Assembly: GCA_010093815.1 (NCBI GenBank) | Contig: ML996573.1 | DNA: 64,000 nucleotides | Origin: Pseudovirgaria hyperparasitica | Taxonomy: Eukaryota | Direction: 5' to 3' (one strand) | Shown: positions 49,586 through 62,431 of the stretch, piece after piece | How positions within the stretch are numbered: the first letter of the stretch is position 1 | Layout: the number at the start of each line of letters is the position of its first letter | Program-made: the position numbers and the translations under genes | The notes under the pieces: model-generated | The model's database searches: none | What the model saw: only the letters and a program-made list of their open reading frames with translations | What the model was told of the DNA's origin: nothing

Positions 49586-50829
49586 AAGAATGCGGGCGGA
49601 GATTAGGTGCCTCGCGTCACAGAAGGAACCATAGGAAATATAAGAGATAAGTTATGAGATCAGAAATATCACTCAATATATGAATATAAGAACTATACAT
49701 GTCCCTCATGCCACATTAGACAGACCGTAAATGATGCATGTACTACATGTACGTGTAGACATATCGCTTGAGCTTTGACTAGTCATAGGGCCACCCAAGA
49801 GCACTGTGATTTCTCGATGTATTTCAGTATACAGAGTGGCAAGTACCCGGGGAAGTGATATGCTATGTTCGACGTGGATTAGGTAACAATTCTTGTCTCT
49901 GGGAACGTGAACAAGAGCATCGCGCGAACCTCGCCGGTCAAAATGCGCAGGTGTCTAGTACAATTTCAGCATAAGCAGCCCATGGCTGAAGAGGTAGTAG
50001 ATCTAGCAGAACAAGAGTGTCCGCTACTGCAATGGAGATCCGAGTCTAAACCAGGATGTTAGCTACGCAACGGCGGGCGAGAAGCATCTAGTAGACAGCG
50101 ACGAGTGCTAAGGGCCCTAGACAGCGTTCTGCGTAGCAAAGCATATGCTAAAGGTGTCGTGTTCTGCCGGGGGCGTGGCTGGGGTTCGGGTTGGATAGGC
50201 GCCGCACGAGTGAGGTCGAGATAAGAGCGAGGACTAGGCCTCTGACTGGGTAAGTATCGAAAGTCTCATGTCGTATACTATGATGGCTGCTTGCGATCGT
50301 TATGCAAGTAACGTCGGGTTGGTGATAGCCACTAGAGACAGCGTTCATTATCGAGCTACTAATGATGGTATATTTGTCTTTCTGCTGTCAGAGTGTGAGT
50401 CCGGTCCGGGAGCGTGTTGATGGCACGTGCCGTCTTTTGATTCCTGCGGACATGGTCTTGAACTGAAAAGACTCCAAGGCATTCGGGAACGACCAATCTG
50501 ATGGAGGGAGGCGCGCAGGTCGCCCGGAAGTCTACCGTCCAGAGACACATAACATGTGTACTGGAGAAGACGTGGAATCCGAATAGCACACGGAGAACGC
50601 ACGTGATACACCCATGTGCCTTGAGGGAATTGAAGCTGGGACAACGCCAGTAAGAGAGGCAATCTGACCCGAGCATTGACTTCCCATGGCCTTTCAACCG
50701 AGACGCCGCGGGTTGACGTCACATCGATCGTGAAAGATGCTTAGTGTCCGAGAAGATCACGCAAGGTACTGTGTAAGCCGAAAGCCACACCATGGGCTCT
50801 CGAATCTCATTGTTGCGAAGATGAGCACC

Positions 50830-51832
50830 TCAATCAACATCGTCCATTACGATTGACAATGCTAATCGGCCTCGTGACACAGTATGTTCGAGCGCGCTGA
50901 GTTTGGCCATGGCACTGATCAGACTGGGATCTTGGCTTTCTACTCTTACTTTCTCTTTCACGCAAACCTTCTGATGCCTGTACTCGAATGTCCGATGTAC
51001 CTCATCATGTAGAGGTACACGGCTAGAGCCCAGGGCAGCAGCCAGTGTGCCTCGGAGACTGAATCCAGACTGTGGCTCCTCCGGAGCAGGTTCCAGAGTT
51101 CGTATTTCAACAAGGATCGCAGCATCAGAGACGTACAAATGAAAGGCAACGTTTGCTGGCAGAGGCGGTGTAAAGATATTCGGTAAGACACTGGTCTCAT
51201 TCCACTCAGGGATAACGTCTGGGGAGCCTTTCAGATTGTGACGAGCTTCCTGGAGATTGTCATGCAGTAGCCGCAGCTGGCCGGAGATGAAGTTGGCATT
51301 CATGGCGTCGCCGGTCCAAGTGCTCACATCTATTATGTCTAGACAAGTGTTTATGAGCGTGCGAGCGCTGACAAGCTGAGGGACAGTAAGAGTAGGAGAA
51401 GATGGTAGAGTCGAAATGGTGAGATCGTATGTCGCGGAGCCACGCGGTGGAGGGAGCGACGGTACACGAAGTTTGACATCCTGAGCCGTTAGATGATTTC
51501 ATTCTCGAGAGGTAGAGGAGTGAACGTACGCCTTTAACGATTCGTGTCCCCTCCCGTGTGATGAAGCCTTTCAGGGTTTCTGACTTTACAGTTGACAGCA
51601 CCAGCGTTGCTCCAAATTCGCTAGGCGCCAGTAGGGCCGCACACTCTTCTAGGCCAGCTTTGAGGGCCTGTAGAGTCTCTTGTAACTCCCCAAGAAGCCA
51701 TTCTAGTTCTCTTGTCTATGGGACACAGTTAGCGAATGCAGCATTGCAGGACTCCCGTAGACAAACCTGCGAGGCAGCTTCTTCTTGTAGCAATTGGTCT
51801 GGAGGTATTGGAGGCCAGACAGCGGTGGACAT
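50830..51832 (-). CDS. RAV2: RAVE complex subunit 2 / Rogdi leucine-zipper protein
   Basis: Motifs MSTAVWPP...RELEWLL..L..LKAGLEECAALL, LKGFITREGTRIVKG and EKVRVESQDPSLISAMAKLSALEH; two introns. Confidence 0.85.
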
Positions 51833-52594
51833 GATGGTCGAGATTCGCAAGCGGCTGGAGAGAAGTAGTACTGCTATTACCGTTGCGCATGGATGTGATC
51901 CAGTGAGGCGTGATGTAGTAGCGTTAATCCATAGCAGCCTGAGGTAATAAGCAGTATTAGTGATGATGCACAACTCTGCATAACTAGCTCCCTCTCTGCA
52001 TAAACCTCCTTGTGATCAGCGTGCACGGACCAGAGCATCTCCTCGGGCCGGGGTAATTAGCTGATTAGCTGGATCGGGCGCTACCTAAGTTGGAAGGCAT
52101 GCACATGTTTACTCCTCAGGCATCTTCGCACCTCAGGCAGCAAACTCATGGACGTTCGATCCGATCGCCAGGCAGACACTCTGCTTTACTCTGACATGAG
52201 GTCAAGTCTGCACGATCTGCCAACTTCGCGCTCGTGTTAATAGTCTTCGGTCTAGACCAACTTTGAGCTTTTGCTGCTCTGTGCAGTTGTCAGTTGAGTT
52301 GATGGTGACGAAAAGCTTGAGCTAGCGTGGGTTTGGCGTGTCGTCAGGTCGTCAGTGATCGGAATACGTCATGCACAATTGGCACAAGCTGCCTGCGTAT
52401 TAAAAGCTTGGTTGGAGCCGTGCGCCAACGAGCAGTCCAGCGCATTTCCCCAACCTCGCCCTTCAATCTCTTTCTCATCCATCCACGACCTCACTCTATC
52501 CCTGTCGCGCCTTTCGGTCCGATAATTGTCTCCAAATCACCTCCAACCTCCTCGGATCCATCTCTGACGCGATCTCTGGTAATAGTCACGTACA

Positions 52595-53508
52595 ATGGCT
52601 GCAGCGCGTAAGTCGCACGGGATGTCCCATACATATGCTCGGGCTCATCATTGACGCTGTGCCTCGCAGGACCAATCGTGGGACTTGTTTCCCTTATTAT
52701 TCTCGCTGGTGGCATCCTGCTACAATTCTTCATCATCCTCTCCGGCTCCATCAACAGCAGCCCTGAGAACCTCGTGTATTTCCTCCAGGCAACGACAAAC
52801 GGCATTAGCAACGCGCGCAACCCAACGAGATGGACATACTTCGCTCTTTGCGGTGTGGATGGCAACAATCACAATACTGATTGCGGTTCCCCAGTGCCCG
52901 CTCTTCCATTCGACCCGAAGCGTAATTTTGGCACTACCGACGGCATACCAGAATCGCTCATGAGGTACGTCAAGACTCGTTGAAATCAGCGCCATCCTAA
53001 CAATCTCGCAGCGGAAACCGATACTACCTGCTGTCGCGCTTCTCATGGGTCTTTTTCCTGGTCGCGCTGATCTTCAGCATCCTGACTCTACTCACTGCGC
53101 TTCTCGCCCTGTGCAGCCGTCTCGGCGCATTCCTCACCTCTGGTCTCGCCACTCTTGCCTTCGTCTTCCAGGCTCTTGCTGCGGCTCTCATGACGTACGT
53201 TGATCTTTCGAGTCTTACTACCTTTGCACTTATTGACATGTTCCAGCTCCTGGGTCATAATGGGCCGCAATGCGTTCAGATCGAGCGGCCAAGACGCTAG
53301 CATCGGTCGTTACGCCATGGGGTTTGCCTGGGCCTCCGTTGCTTGCTTCCTCATCAACATGGTTCTTGGCTGTATCGGCGGCGTTACTGGAGGCAAGAGC
53401 GACAGTACGTCTTACAAAGCGCCCAGGAAAGGGTTCTTTGGTCGCAAGCAAAGCACCAGATCTCGAGGTAGTTTCCGCGACAACCGCATCAAAGACGACT
53501 ACTCATAA
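52595..53508 (+). CDS. SUR7/PalI family tetraspan membrane protein
   Basis: Four TM segments; motifs TRWTYFALC..C..PALPFDPKRNF and GRYAMGFAW; three introns (first 52608-52669). Confidence 0.88.
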
Positions 53509-54166
53509 ACATATTCAGACATCTAACCGCCGACACGAGAACATGTGAGAATCAGCTCCGCGACTGTTCCGGACTGCTGGGCCATGGAGAGAATTGAATA
53601 ATATACCCCTTCAGCAGAGCTTCGTCTGTATCGTTCGATGGAAGACATCCCCCTAACACATCTTTATTGATAAAGATTTGAACCGCGTACACGCAAATGC
53701 TAATCTAACAGCACCAGCAATTGAGGATTAAAGCGATTGAAATCATCATTAATGTCTTTTACCATTCTTACTGGGGAGAAGCCCGATCGCTGAACAAAAT
53801 GTTGAATGTAATAATGAACTAAATAATGTCTCGAATAAAACTATAATAACACAAACACATCATGAAGGCTTTGTCCGTAACATATCGATCAGCTCCTCTC
53901 TGTAGGCCGACTCAACTCGTGATATATTACTATGAAATTGCAAGATTCCCTTTACGTAGACGTTTTGATGAGGCGACGCCCAATCTCAGACGAGACGTCT
54001 GTCGCGGGCCCGAGCGTTCCCCACCACTCACTGACAGGAACTGCTACTACGTAATGCTCACAGCTCTCCACATGCCAGTGGCTCCAACGTTTATCTTCCA
54101 ACACAGCGTTCGGTCCTACATAACTTCCAACTCGTGTCCATTCACGCAGCATTACTTCGCGCGAGC

Positions 54167-54950
54167 ATGGCGGCCCCGATACTCAACCCAACAAATGGTT
54201 CATCTCCCACAATGGCGTCGTCGCTCCCGCAAGAAGTTACAGCCTGTCTTCAGAATGCACGTTTCGTAAGTGCATACTCTCTTACCAAAAATGGTGCCTT
54301 GCTTGCGAATGTGATGTATGTTGACAGGTATTCAGCTTCATCTCGCAACATCTGCCGACAATATACCTCACGTATCCCTCATGAACTATACCTACCTTCC
54401 TGCAAATTCCTCGCCCTTCAATAGGTCACCGGCCATAATCATGACCACACAACCTTCTAGCACAAAGACGTCGAATCTCGCCTCAAACCCACGAGTGTCT
54501 CTGCTTGTCCACGATTGGGTCTCACATCGACCCCCAACCCTTCCCGAATCCACTGCGTCAGGTGGCTCAGCACTTACTGCACTTCTACAAAACTTAAACA
54601 CCGCCTCCCTGAGTCGAATAAGTGCGACGATAAACGGCACTGCTGAGTTACTTGAAGGAGGTAGCGAGAAGGAAGCATGGTTCCGCAAAAAGCATATCGA
54701 AAACAACACATTTGGACCAAGCTCCGAAAGCCAAGCACAGGCCGCGCTAGGCTTATTCTCGAGCAGCCCGTCGGATGTGAGTGGATCATTAGGTGATGAT
54801 TCTGGAGATGGTGATGGAGGGAAGAAACACTATGTTGAAGGAAGTGAGACGAGAGTCGTGCTAGTCACTATCAAGGATGGCCGGGTGAGCGATTGGAAAG
54901 GAAGTGTACAAGACTGGAAAGTAGAGGAACCACTCATGAATGGTACGTGA
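54167..54950 (+). CDS. Pyridoxamine 5'-phosphate oxidase-like FMN-binding split-barrel protein (YGR017W-like)
   Basis: Motifs LPQEVTACLQNARF/LHLAT..PHVSLMNYTY, KTSNLASNPRVSLLVHDW and RVSDWKG; one intron. Confidence 0.85.
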
Positions 54951-55776
54951 GAGAACGTGTCTATTAATGTGCGGCTGCTATGGCAGTCAGCACCAAAACA
55001 CGAGATGCCTTAACAGGACAAGAGTATTACCGTAAAATCGCCGAATCACTCTTCGAATCCAACAAATGCCAGCATCTACTCAGGCTTCATCGCTTGCGTT
55101 GTCATACTGCGTAGGACAGAGACACAGTCAATAGCATATGTTGCTGCATGACCACTTCTATTTATTGCGCCCAATGAGTGACGCTCTGCTCTATAACACA
55201 GTTCGATCGGGCGGTTTGTGCATGGGAGTAATGTATTATATCACCAAAGACTCTTTGTTCTGAATCTGCTATCAATGTAAAGCTCTCCCCATTGCGCACA
55301 TTCCTTGCTATGGTACTTTGGACTAGGATAAGTTACCGGGGTGATCCCTTCATCTGCTCACTCGAGCAAGCGACTATTACCCAGCAGCAGAAGTCGAAAT
55401 TACTTACGATCAGGCCACAGTCTCGCATGCGCTGATTTTTAGAGTAAAAATGACTGGAGGGGGCGCTGATTGAAAAGCGAAAGCGATGTTTTCCAATTGG
55501 AATTATGGACTGACGACACACTTCTACTGGATCCGCAATCCGGAACTCTTCTGTGAGAAGAATCTTTCGAGGGGTCGCTTAGACTGGCTAATATGCATAT
55601 CTCCCCTTGAAGATGCACTATAAGGGTGGATAATTACTTTCCCACCTGCATGTCCATAGTGCTGAGTCGAGGGGTGCCTGTCCTTGTGGAATCAGCATAA
55701 ATGCGACCTAACCTCGCAGAACCTAATATGTACAGTCATCAGACATTCTTCTACTGACAACATCATTTACAGCCAT

Positions 55777-57020
55777 ATGATGTTCATAAATTTGTTTCTT
55801 CTTCTTTGGACGGCGTTTGTGAGTGCCAGCTCTTTGGCATACCAACAAACGCCAGGCGCTCTACAACAGGTGACCGACTTTGGCTACAATCCCACAAACA
55901 TCGGATTCTACATATATGTGCCGAATGCCTTAGTGAGCAATCCCGCTATCGTGGTTGCTGTACACTACTGCACTGGATCAGGTCAGTCTATCCCAGAGCG
56001 TGCGTGTAACGAACTAATGTTTAGTAGCCCAAGCATACTATGATAACTCCCCTTATAAGACTCTCGCAGAGCAGTATGGATTCATCGTCATCTACCCAGA
56101 ATCACCCTGGAGTGGCGCATGCTGGGATGTGAGCAGCAAAGCAACTCTGACACACAACGGCGGCGGCGATTCAAATGCCATCGTCAATATGGTCTCGTGG
56201 ACAGTGAGCAAGTACAGAGCCGACACTTCCAGAGTCTTTGTGACTGGCCTTAGCTCTGGTGCGATGATGACAGTCAGCGCTCCCCTACCTACTCCCAGTC
56301 TTTGTATTCTTTCTAACGCATCCCCCCCAGAACGTCCTATCAGCCACATACCCAGACGTCTTCAAAGCCGCCACTCTCTACGCCGGCGTCCCTGCTGGCT
56401 GCTTCGTCTCAGACACAAACCAGCAAGCAGCCTGGAATACGTCCTGTGCAGAGGGTCAAGTCGTCCACACACCCGCCGTCTGGGCCGACATCGTAAGGGA
56501 TATGTATCCCGGCTACAGTGGGCCCTACCCTCGGATCCAGATCTACCATGGCGGCGCAGACACGGGTCTGTATCCGCAAAACTACTACGAGACGTGCAAG
56601 CAATGGTCAGGGGTGTGGGGATACGACTACTCGAAGCCGCAGAGTACGCAGGTGGATAGCCCTGCGAGTGGCTGGACGAGGACTGTGTTTGGACCAGGCG
56701 TGCAAGGGATATTCAATCCGGAGGTGAATCACAGTATCAGTATCTTTGGGGATGAGGATATGAAGTGGTTTGGGTTTACCGGGGTGAGTCTGTGGTGAGA
56801 GTAGTCTTTTCGCACACGAAAGCTGAGGCGATGATAGTCTATGCCATATCCCCCTCCGAGCACAGGTGCCCCAATTGCGATATGGGGGCAGTGTGGGGGC
56901 ATCATGTGGACTGGGTCGACGAAGTGTGCTGATGGGCTTGGGTGTGTCAAGCTGAATGACTATTACTCACAGTGCCAGCGAGAGCGCTTGGGCAACAACG
57001 GGATGTCTCCTGAGTCCTGA
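55777..57020 (+). CDS. axeA: Acetylxylan esterase (CE1) with C-terminal CBM1
   Basis: Signal peptide; motifs [30 protein letters not shown] and QIYHG. The last exon after intron 56784-56837 encodes [31 protein letters not shown]. Confidence 0.88.
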
Positions 57021-57660
57021 TACGCGACCTATTCAGCGGTGGAATCTTCAATAATTCCCTCAAAGTCAACCGCTTCTAGGAGGCGCACTATTGGAGATTT
57101 CACTGAGAAGTAGGAGTGAAGATACTGGACGGAAGAAATCCCGCCCAGCTGTGATAGTGGATTAATATATATCTGGGCACGGCGGGCCGCCGGGATCTGG
57201 GATGAGCAGTCGGATGCCACGCCTTAGCAGGGTTCTCCGCGATGTCAAGTATATCCTTCCAATCATAACGCGCTTCTTGGTTTCAATCTTTATGCTTATG
57301 TTTAGTCAAACTTTATTACGTCGGGTCTTGCGGCTCTTGTATACCCGTAATCGCTCTGTGTTATAATTCCTGCTAATGAGCCATCATCTAGTTCGTCAAA
57401 CACTCCAGCAATATCGCTCCTTTATCGGCATCAAAGTAGTTATCCCATAGACTTCAGATGATGCTTCTAACAATATTTCTCCTGCTTTTCATATTGGCAT
57501 GGCGTTCGCAAGATCCTGCATGGAGCACTCATCTTGTGACGAAGCGCAAGGTGGCAACTTGAAGTAGTCGCTCTTATAACAAGCTATCTCGTCCATTAAA
57601 CTATAGTTATGAAGGTCAAAGGTATACCCATGTCTCGGTGTCATCGCCAACTTTGAGAAG

Positions 57661-59913
57661 ATGATAACTTTAAACTTACCGATACTCCTCAGCGCTATCA
57701 GCGGGTGTTTACTGCAGCTTGTACAGGGACAGGCTGCCGGCTATGCACAATGTAAATGTCTACTATAAATACCAGCTCCATGAACTCACTTAGAAACTAG
57801 GTGGTGGACCAGAATACACCGGGCCTACTACTTGTGTGGCTGGATATAGTTGCAAGGTTCAGAACCCCGTAAGTCATACAATCGTCTGAGGCTTGAATAG
57901 CTGACTGAACTCGTATAGTTCTACTCGCAATGTGTACCATCAAGTGAGATTGTGTCGTCTGTGAAGTCGTAAGTGCTCTCCCCTATGTTTATAGAGCTAA
58001 GAACTTACAACTAAATACAGGTCTGCAACGCTGGTCACATCAGCCAGGTCGAGCAGTGTTTCCTCAAAACCTGTATCAGCCGCTCCCACAACAAGCCCTT
58101 CGGGTACCTCTGGTGTCAAATGCACCGGGACATTCAGTCCAATTTCAGCATCAAGCTTCGTCGCCGCTCTCAACCCAGGATGGAACCTCGGAAACACTCT
58201 AGACGCGATACCAGACGAGACAAGCTGGGGTAACCCAGCAGTAGTAGCTGCGACATTCGACGACATTAAAGCCCAAGGCTTCAAGAGCGTTCGTCTACCA
58301 GGTAGGTAGAACTCATTCCATGCCACGCAAACCGACTCCACACTGACAAATCGCAGTAACGTGGGCCTACCACTTCGCCGGCGCCGTAAACACCGGCACA
58401 TCCCCCGACTGGACCATCCAACCCACCTGGCTCCAACGCGTCTCGGACGTCATCGACATGATCACTGCGCGCGGCCTCTACGTGATCGTCAACGTGCACC
58501 ACGACTCATGGATCTGGGCCGACGTCACACAGGAAAACGCCAACTACACCATGATCGAGGAGAAGTTCTACCGGATCTGGTACCAGGCAGCCCAGAAGCT
58601 GGCCTGTAAGTCTTCACTTGTCGCGTTCGAGCCGATCAATGAACCACCTGTCAATACTGCGGCAGACGGGGCGCGGATAAATACGTTCAACGAGCTGTTC
58701 TTGAGGGCGATTAACGCGGTTGGTGGGTTCAATGCTCAGCGTGTGGTTACGCTGGTTGGTGGTGCGGAAGATTCGGTGAAGACGAGCCAGTGGTTCGTGA
58801 GGCCGAATGCTTCCTATACCAACCCCTGGGCTATACAATACCACTACTACTCTCCATGTAAGCCCCTGACCACGCCTCATCCCTCCCACCACCTCCCCCT
58901 CCCCAACTCCGTCCTTCCAGCCAACACTAACGCCCCTCCAAGACGACTACGTCTTCTCCGCCTGGGGCAAAACAACCTGGGGCTCCGCCGCCGACAAAGC
59001 CGCCCTCGAGACCGACATCGCCCTCATCCGCTCCAACTTCACCGACGTGCCCCTCCTCATCGGCGAATGGGCAATCTCGCCCGTGCAGACCGAGCCCGCC
59101 GCGCGCTGGCGCTACTGGGATTTCCTGATCCGCACCGCGGCAAAGTACAACACTGCGACCATATACTGGGACAACGGCAACGACAATTACAACCGCAACA
59201 CTCGGGTCTGGCGGGACAAAACGGCGGCCGATATCCTGATTAGTGCAGCGAAGGGGGCGAGTAATAGTTTGCCGGATGGGACGACGGATGCGTCTGCGTC
59301 TGAGCAGTCGAGTAGTGCGTATGTGTGGCTCAGGAAGGGCGAGGCTGCTGCGGCGCAGAGCGTGCCGTTCTTGCTTAATGGGAATACGTTCAAGAGTGTG
59401 TCTGACGGTGCGGCTGTGCTCAAGCTGGGCTCAGATTACACGGTCTCTGGCTCGAATATCACGTTCAGCGCGGCGTATCTAGCCCCTTTTGCCACGGACA
59501 CAGCAGGTATCAAGGCAAACCTCACAATTACCTTCTCTGCGGGTGCTCCATTGGCCCTCCAAATCGTGTCCTGGGCCCCGCCGACCCTGTCTTCCTCGAG
59601 TTCGAAAGCAATAGCCGGATCCGATCTCGTTATACATGTCACTTACAACGGCATCCACAAGCCCGCGACCGTGCGTGCGCTAAAGGCGGACGGTACGTAT
59701 CTCGTCGACGACTGGACGGTGTATCTGCCTGTGCTGCAGCAAGCTAGGACGACGTTCGGGAGTCAGTGGCGCTGGGACTGGAATCAGGAGAGCGTGACGA
59801 TCACTAGCAGCGCGGTCGACGCGGTGATTGCGGGTGGGCAGAGTGTGCAATTCATGATCGAGGCATGGCCGCGGGTCAGTGGGAATAACGTGAACTACAC
59901 GCTGACGGTATAG
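57661..59913 (+). CDS. GH5 endoglucanase (GH5_4-like) with N-terminal CBM1 and C-terminal Ig-like/CBM_X2-type modules
   Basis: Signal peptide; CBM1 YAQC/GGPEYTGPTTCVAGYSCKVQNP/FYSQC; Ser-rich linker; GWNLGNTLDA, NVHHD, INEP (acid/base), YHYY and IGEW (nucleophile); five introns. Confidence 0.92.
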
Positions 59914-60019
59914 GACTTTATGCAACAAGCTCTATATACATACACGTCTTATATACTGTATTGAACCTCACACTACAACCCCCAATCACCCCAAGTCTAC
60001 CATCCCCCCAAAAGCCCCT

Positions 60020-61944
60020 TTACCCCCCTCGTCCCTCCAGAATCAAACTCGCAATCCTCTCCGCAACAGCATACACCGTCGCACTCAAATGCCCACTAAC
60101 CTGCCCCATCACACTCGCATCCACAACCCTCACCCCACGCACCCCATACACCCTCCCCTCCCCATCCACCACCCCGCCCCGCTCAAGCGGCAGCATAGCA
60201 CACGTCCCAACCGGATGATTATTACTCCCATACGACGCCTTGATCCACCCCGCCCACACCGCATCACTCGCATCCGCCGGCACAGCATCCAGCCCGGGCA
60301 CCAATTCTGCACCTACATACCCGCTCAGCGGCGGCGTGGCATATGCGGCACGCACGGCCTTTGCAAGCGCCACGGCCATGGCGACGTCGTACTCGAACAT
60401 CCACATATTAGGCGTGATGGCAGGCGCATCCAGCGGGTCATTACTAGCAACATGTACGCTGCCGCGAGCGAAAGGCAGCAGCGGCCAGAAAGCAAGGATG
60501 ACTTGGGGGCCGAAGGGGGCCCAGAGGAGTTCTGCGGCGGGGGTGCTGGAGTTGAAGAGCAGGGCAGCTTGGACGCGGAGGAGGGAGTCCTGGGCTGCGG
60601 GGCTGGTGGCGTACAGGCTGGTGCGTGCGATGTGTGCGGCCATGTCGGGGATGTGAGCAGTGAGGGTTGCTTCGAAGGCGTGGGTGGCGGAGCGCAGGAT
60701 GTCTGGGGCGGTGGCCATGGTGGCGAAGGTTGGGTATCCGGTCCAGGGGACTTTGCTTTCGTAGACGAAGGCGTTGTTGGGTTGGTCTTGCATGTGCATG
60801 CCGACGCCGGGTAAGGCGTGGACGAGCGGGATGGAGTGCGCGGCGAGGACGGACGGGTGGCCTATGCCGGAGTGTTCGAGGAGAAGTGGACTGCGGAGGG
60901 AGCCGAGGGAGATGATGAGTTCGGAGAGGGGGCTGGGGCTGAGGTGTATGGATGAGGTAGCGTTTGAGGGAGTGAGGATTTCCACGCCGATGGCGCGCGG
61001 ATGAGTTGTGTTGTTACCAGTAGATGATGGAGATGGGCCCCAGAGGATCCGTAGTGCTTGCGTACGAGTGAAGACGTGTAGATTCTCCCTCGTCTCCGCC
61101 TTACCCCAGTAATACGCCCTAGCAGCATCGGATCGTATATCAGTCTCCGCGTTCAGCGTCTGCGGCCATGTGCTGAACCCCCTGACCGTCCCGTCGTTCG
61201 GATCCTCATTGAACGGCCACCCTAGCGCCTCATTCGTCGCGCGTAGAATCCCACTTACATTCTGTCCCATAAGATACGAGCTCCAGCCCACACCTACGTT
61301 GCCATCCTTCCCATGCACAGCTTCGACGTACGTCGCACCTTTAGCCTCACGCACGGCGTCGGGGCGTGTAAATGTTTCTGATTTCTTATAGAACGGGAGC
61401 AGCGATGACCATGTCCAGCCGGTGTTTCCGACCGTCTCCCAGGCGTCGATTTGAACAGATTCGGCACGAATATATGTCATGCCTACACTCGTCAGAAGCG
61501 AAATCACTCTTCCAAGTTCCCTCCTGAACAACAACACACACAACCCCCATGATAACCCGTTCCCAATCTCCACCAAAGTGATCTCTTCGCCTAGAAAAGG
61601 GAAATTCAAAACACACCATTCAGAACACTCGTACCACCAAGCGCCCTTCCAGCGCTGTAATTCAGCACACGTCCGTCTTCGTCCGGTAGTGCTGCATAGA
61701 GCCAGTCCAGCTCCGTGTTCTGCGCAAGCCCGAACGCACTCACATTCTTCACGCGCGCGTCGTCGTAGACTGAACCGCCTGCTTCGATGACAGCGACGCG
61801 TATACTGCAGTCTGCAGATAAACGATTTGCGAGTGCAAGGCCAGCAGTGCCGCCTCCGAGGATTATGTAGTCATATGTTTCGTTCATACAGGCACATATT
61901 GAGGCTATTGAGAGGGTGGCAAGTACATGGAGGAGACGCATCAT
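60020..61944 (-). CDS. Secreted GMC oxidoreductase (AA3_2, glucose oxidase/dehydrogenase-like)
   Basis: Signal peptide; motifs YDYIILGGGTAGLALANRLS, GRALGGTSVLNGMTYIRA across one intron, SNNHPVGTCAM, VRVVDASV and SGHL. Confidence 0.93.
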
Positions 61945-62431
61945 AGCCGGGTGAGATGGAGGAGAAAGAGATGTGGATTTGAAGATGCGAGAGGCAAGCC
62001 GGTGTTCATATAGACTATTTACTAGCTGATTTGAACCTTATAACTAAGGCAACGGGAGCGGGACGGGACCTGTTTCTGGAATAGATGAGCCGGTATTTGC
62101 CACGTGAGCGAGAGGGGAAGCGGGATAAGCGGGATATGACGGGGATGCAAATGCGGTTGGAATCCTTCGCGGACGCATCAGAAACCATATTTCTGGGGGC
62201 CGAAGAGGTCTAGCTATTCGTATATTTTTGGCCTCTGATCACCTAGCCTAAGACAACTTCGAGATACCAAGCGGTAAAATGCAACTGCAGCAAAAGGGTA
62301 TGTTGAACAAGCTAAGGGCGATATTGTACAGCTCCATGCTGCAACAAATGGCTATGATTGTCCAACTTGGAATGCGGGTAATGTTTTGCTCAGACTTAAT
62401 TGCCATGTTCCATATATCGCTGGGGACACAC

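Noticed and set aside
60089..61004. Long antisense or alternate-frame ORFs over the GMC gene (similar ones over SLA2, the methyltransferase and the dioxygenase)
   Set aside because: Expected shadows of GC-rich, codon-biased coding sequence.
61484..61616. Partial inverted repeat inside the GMC intron
   Set aside because: Short and imperfect; insufficient evidence for an introner, riboswitch or stwintron.
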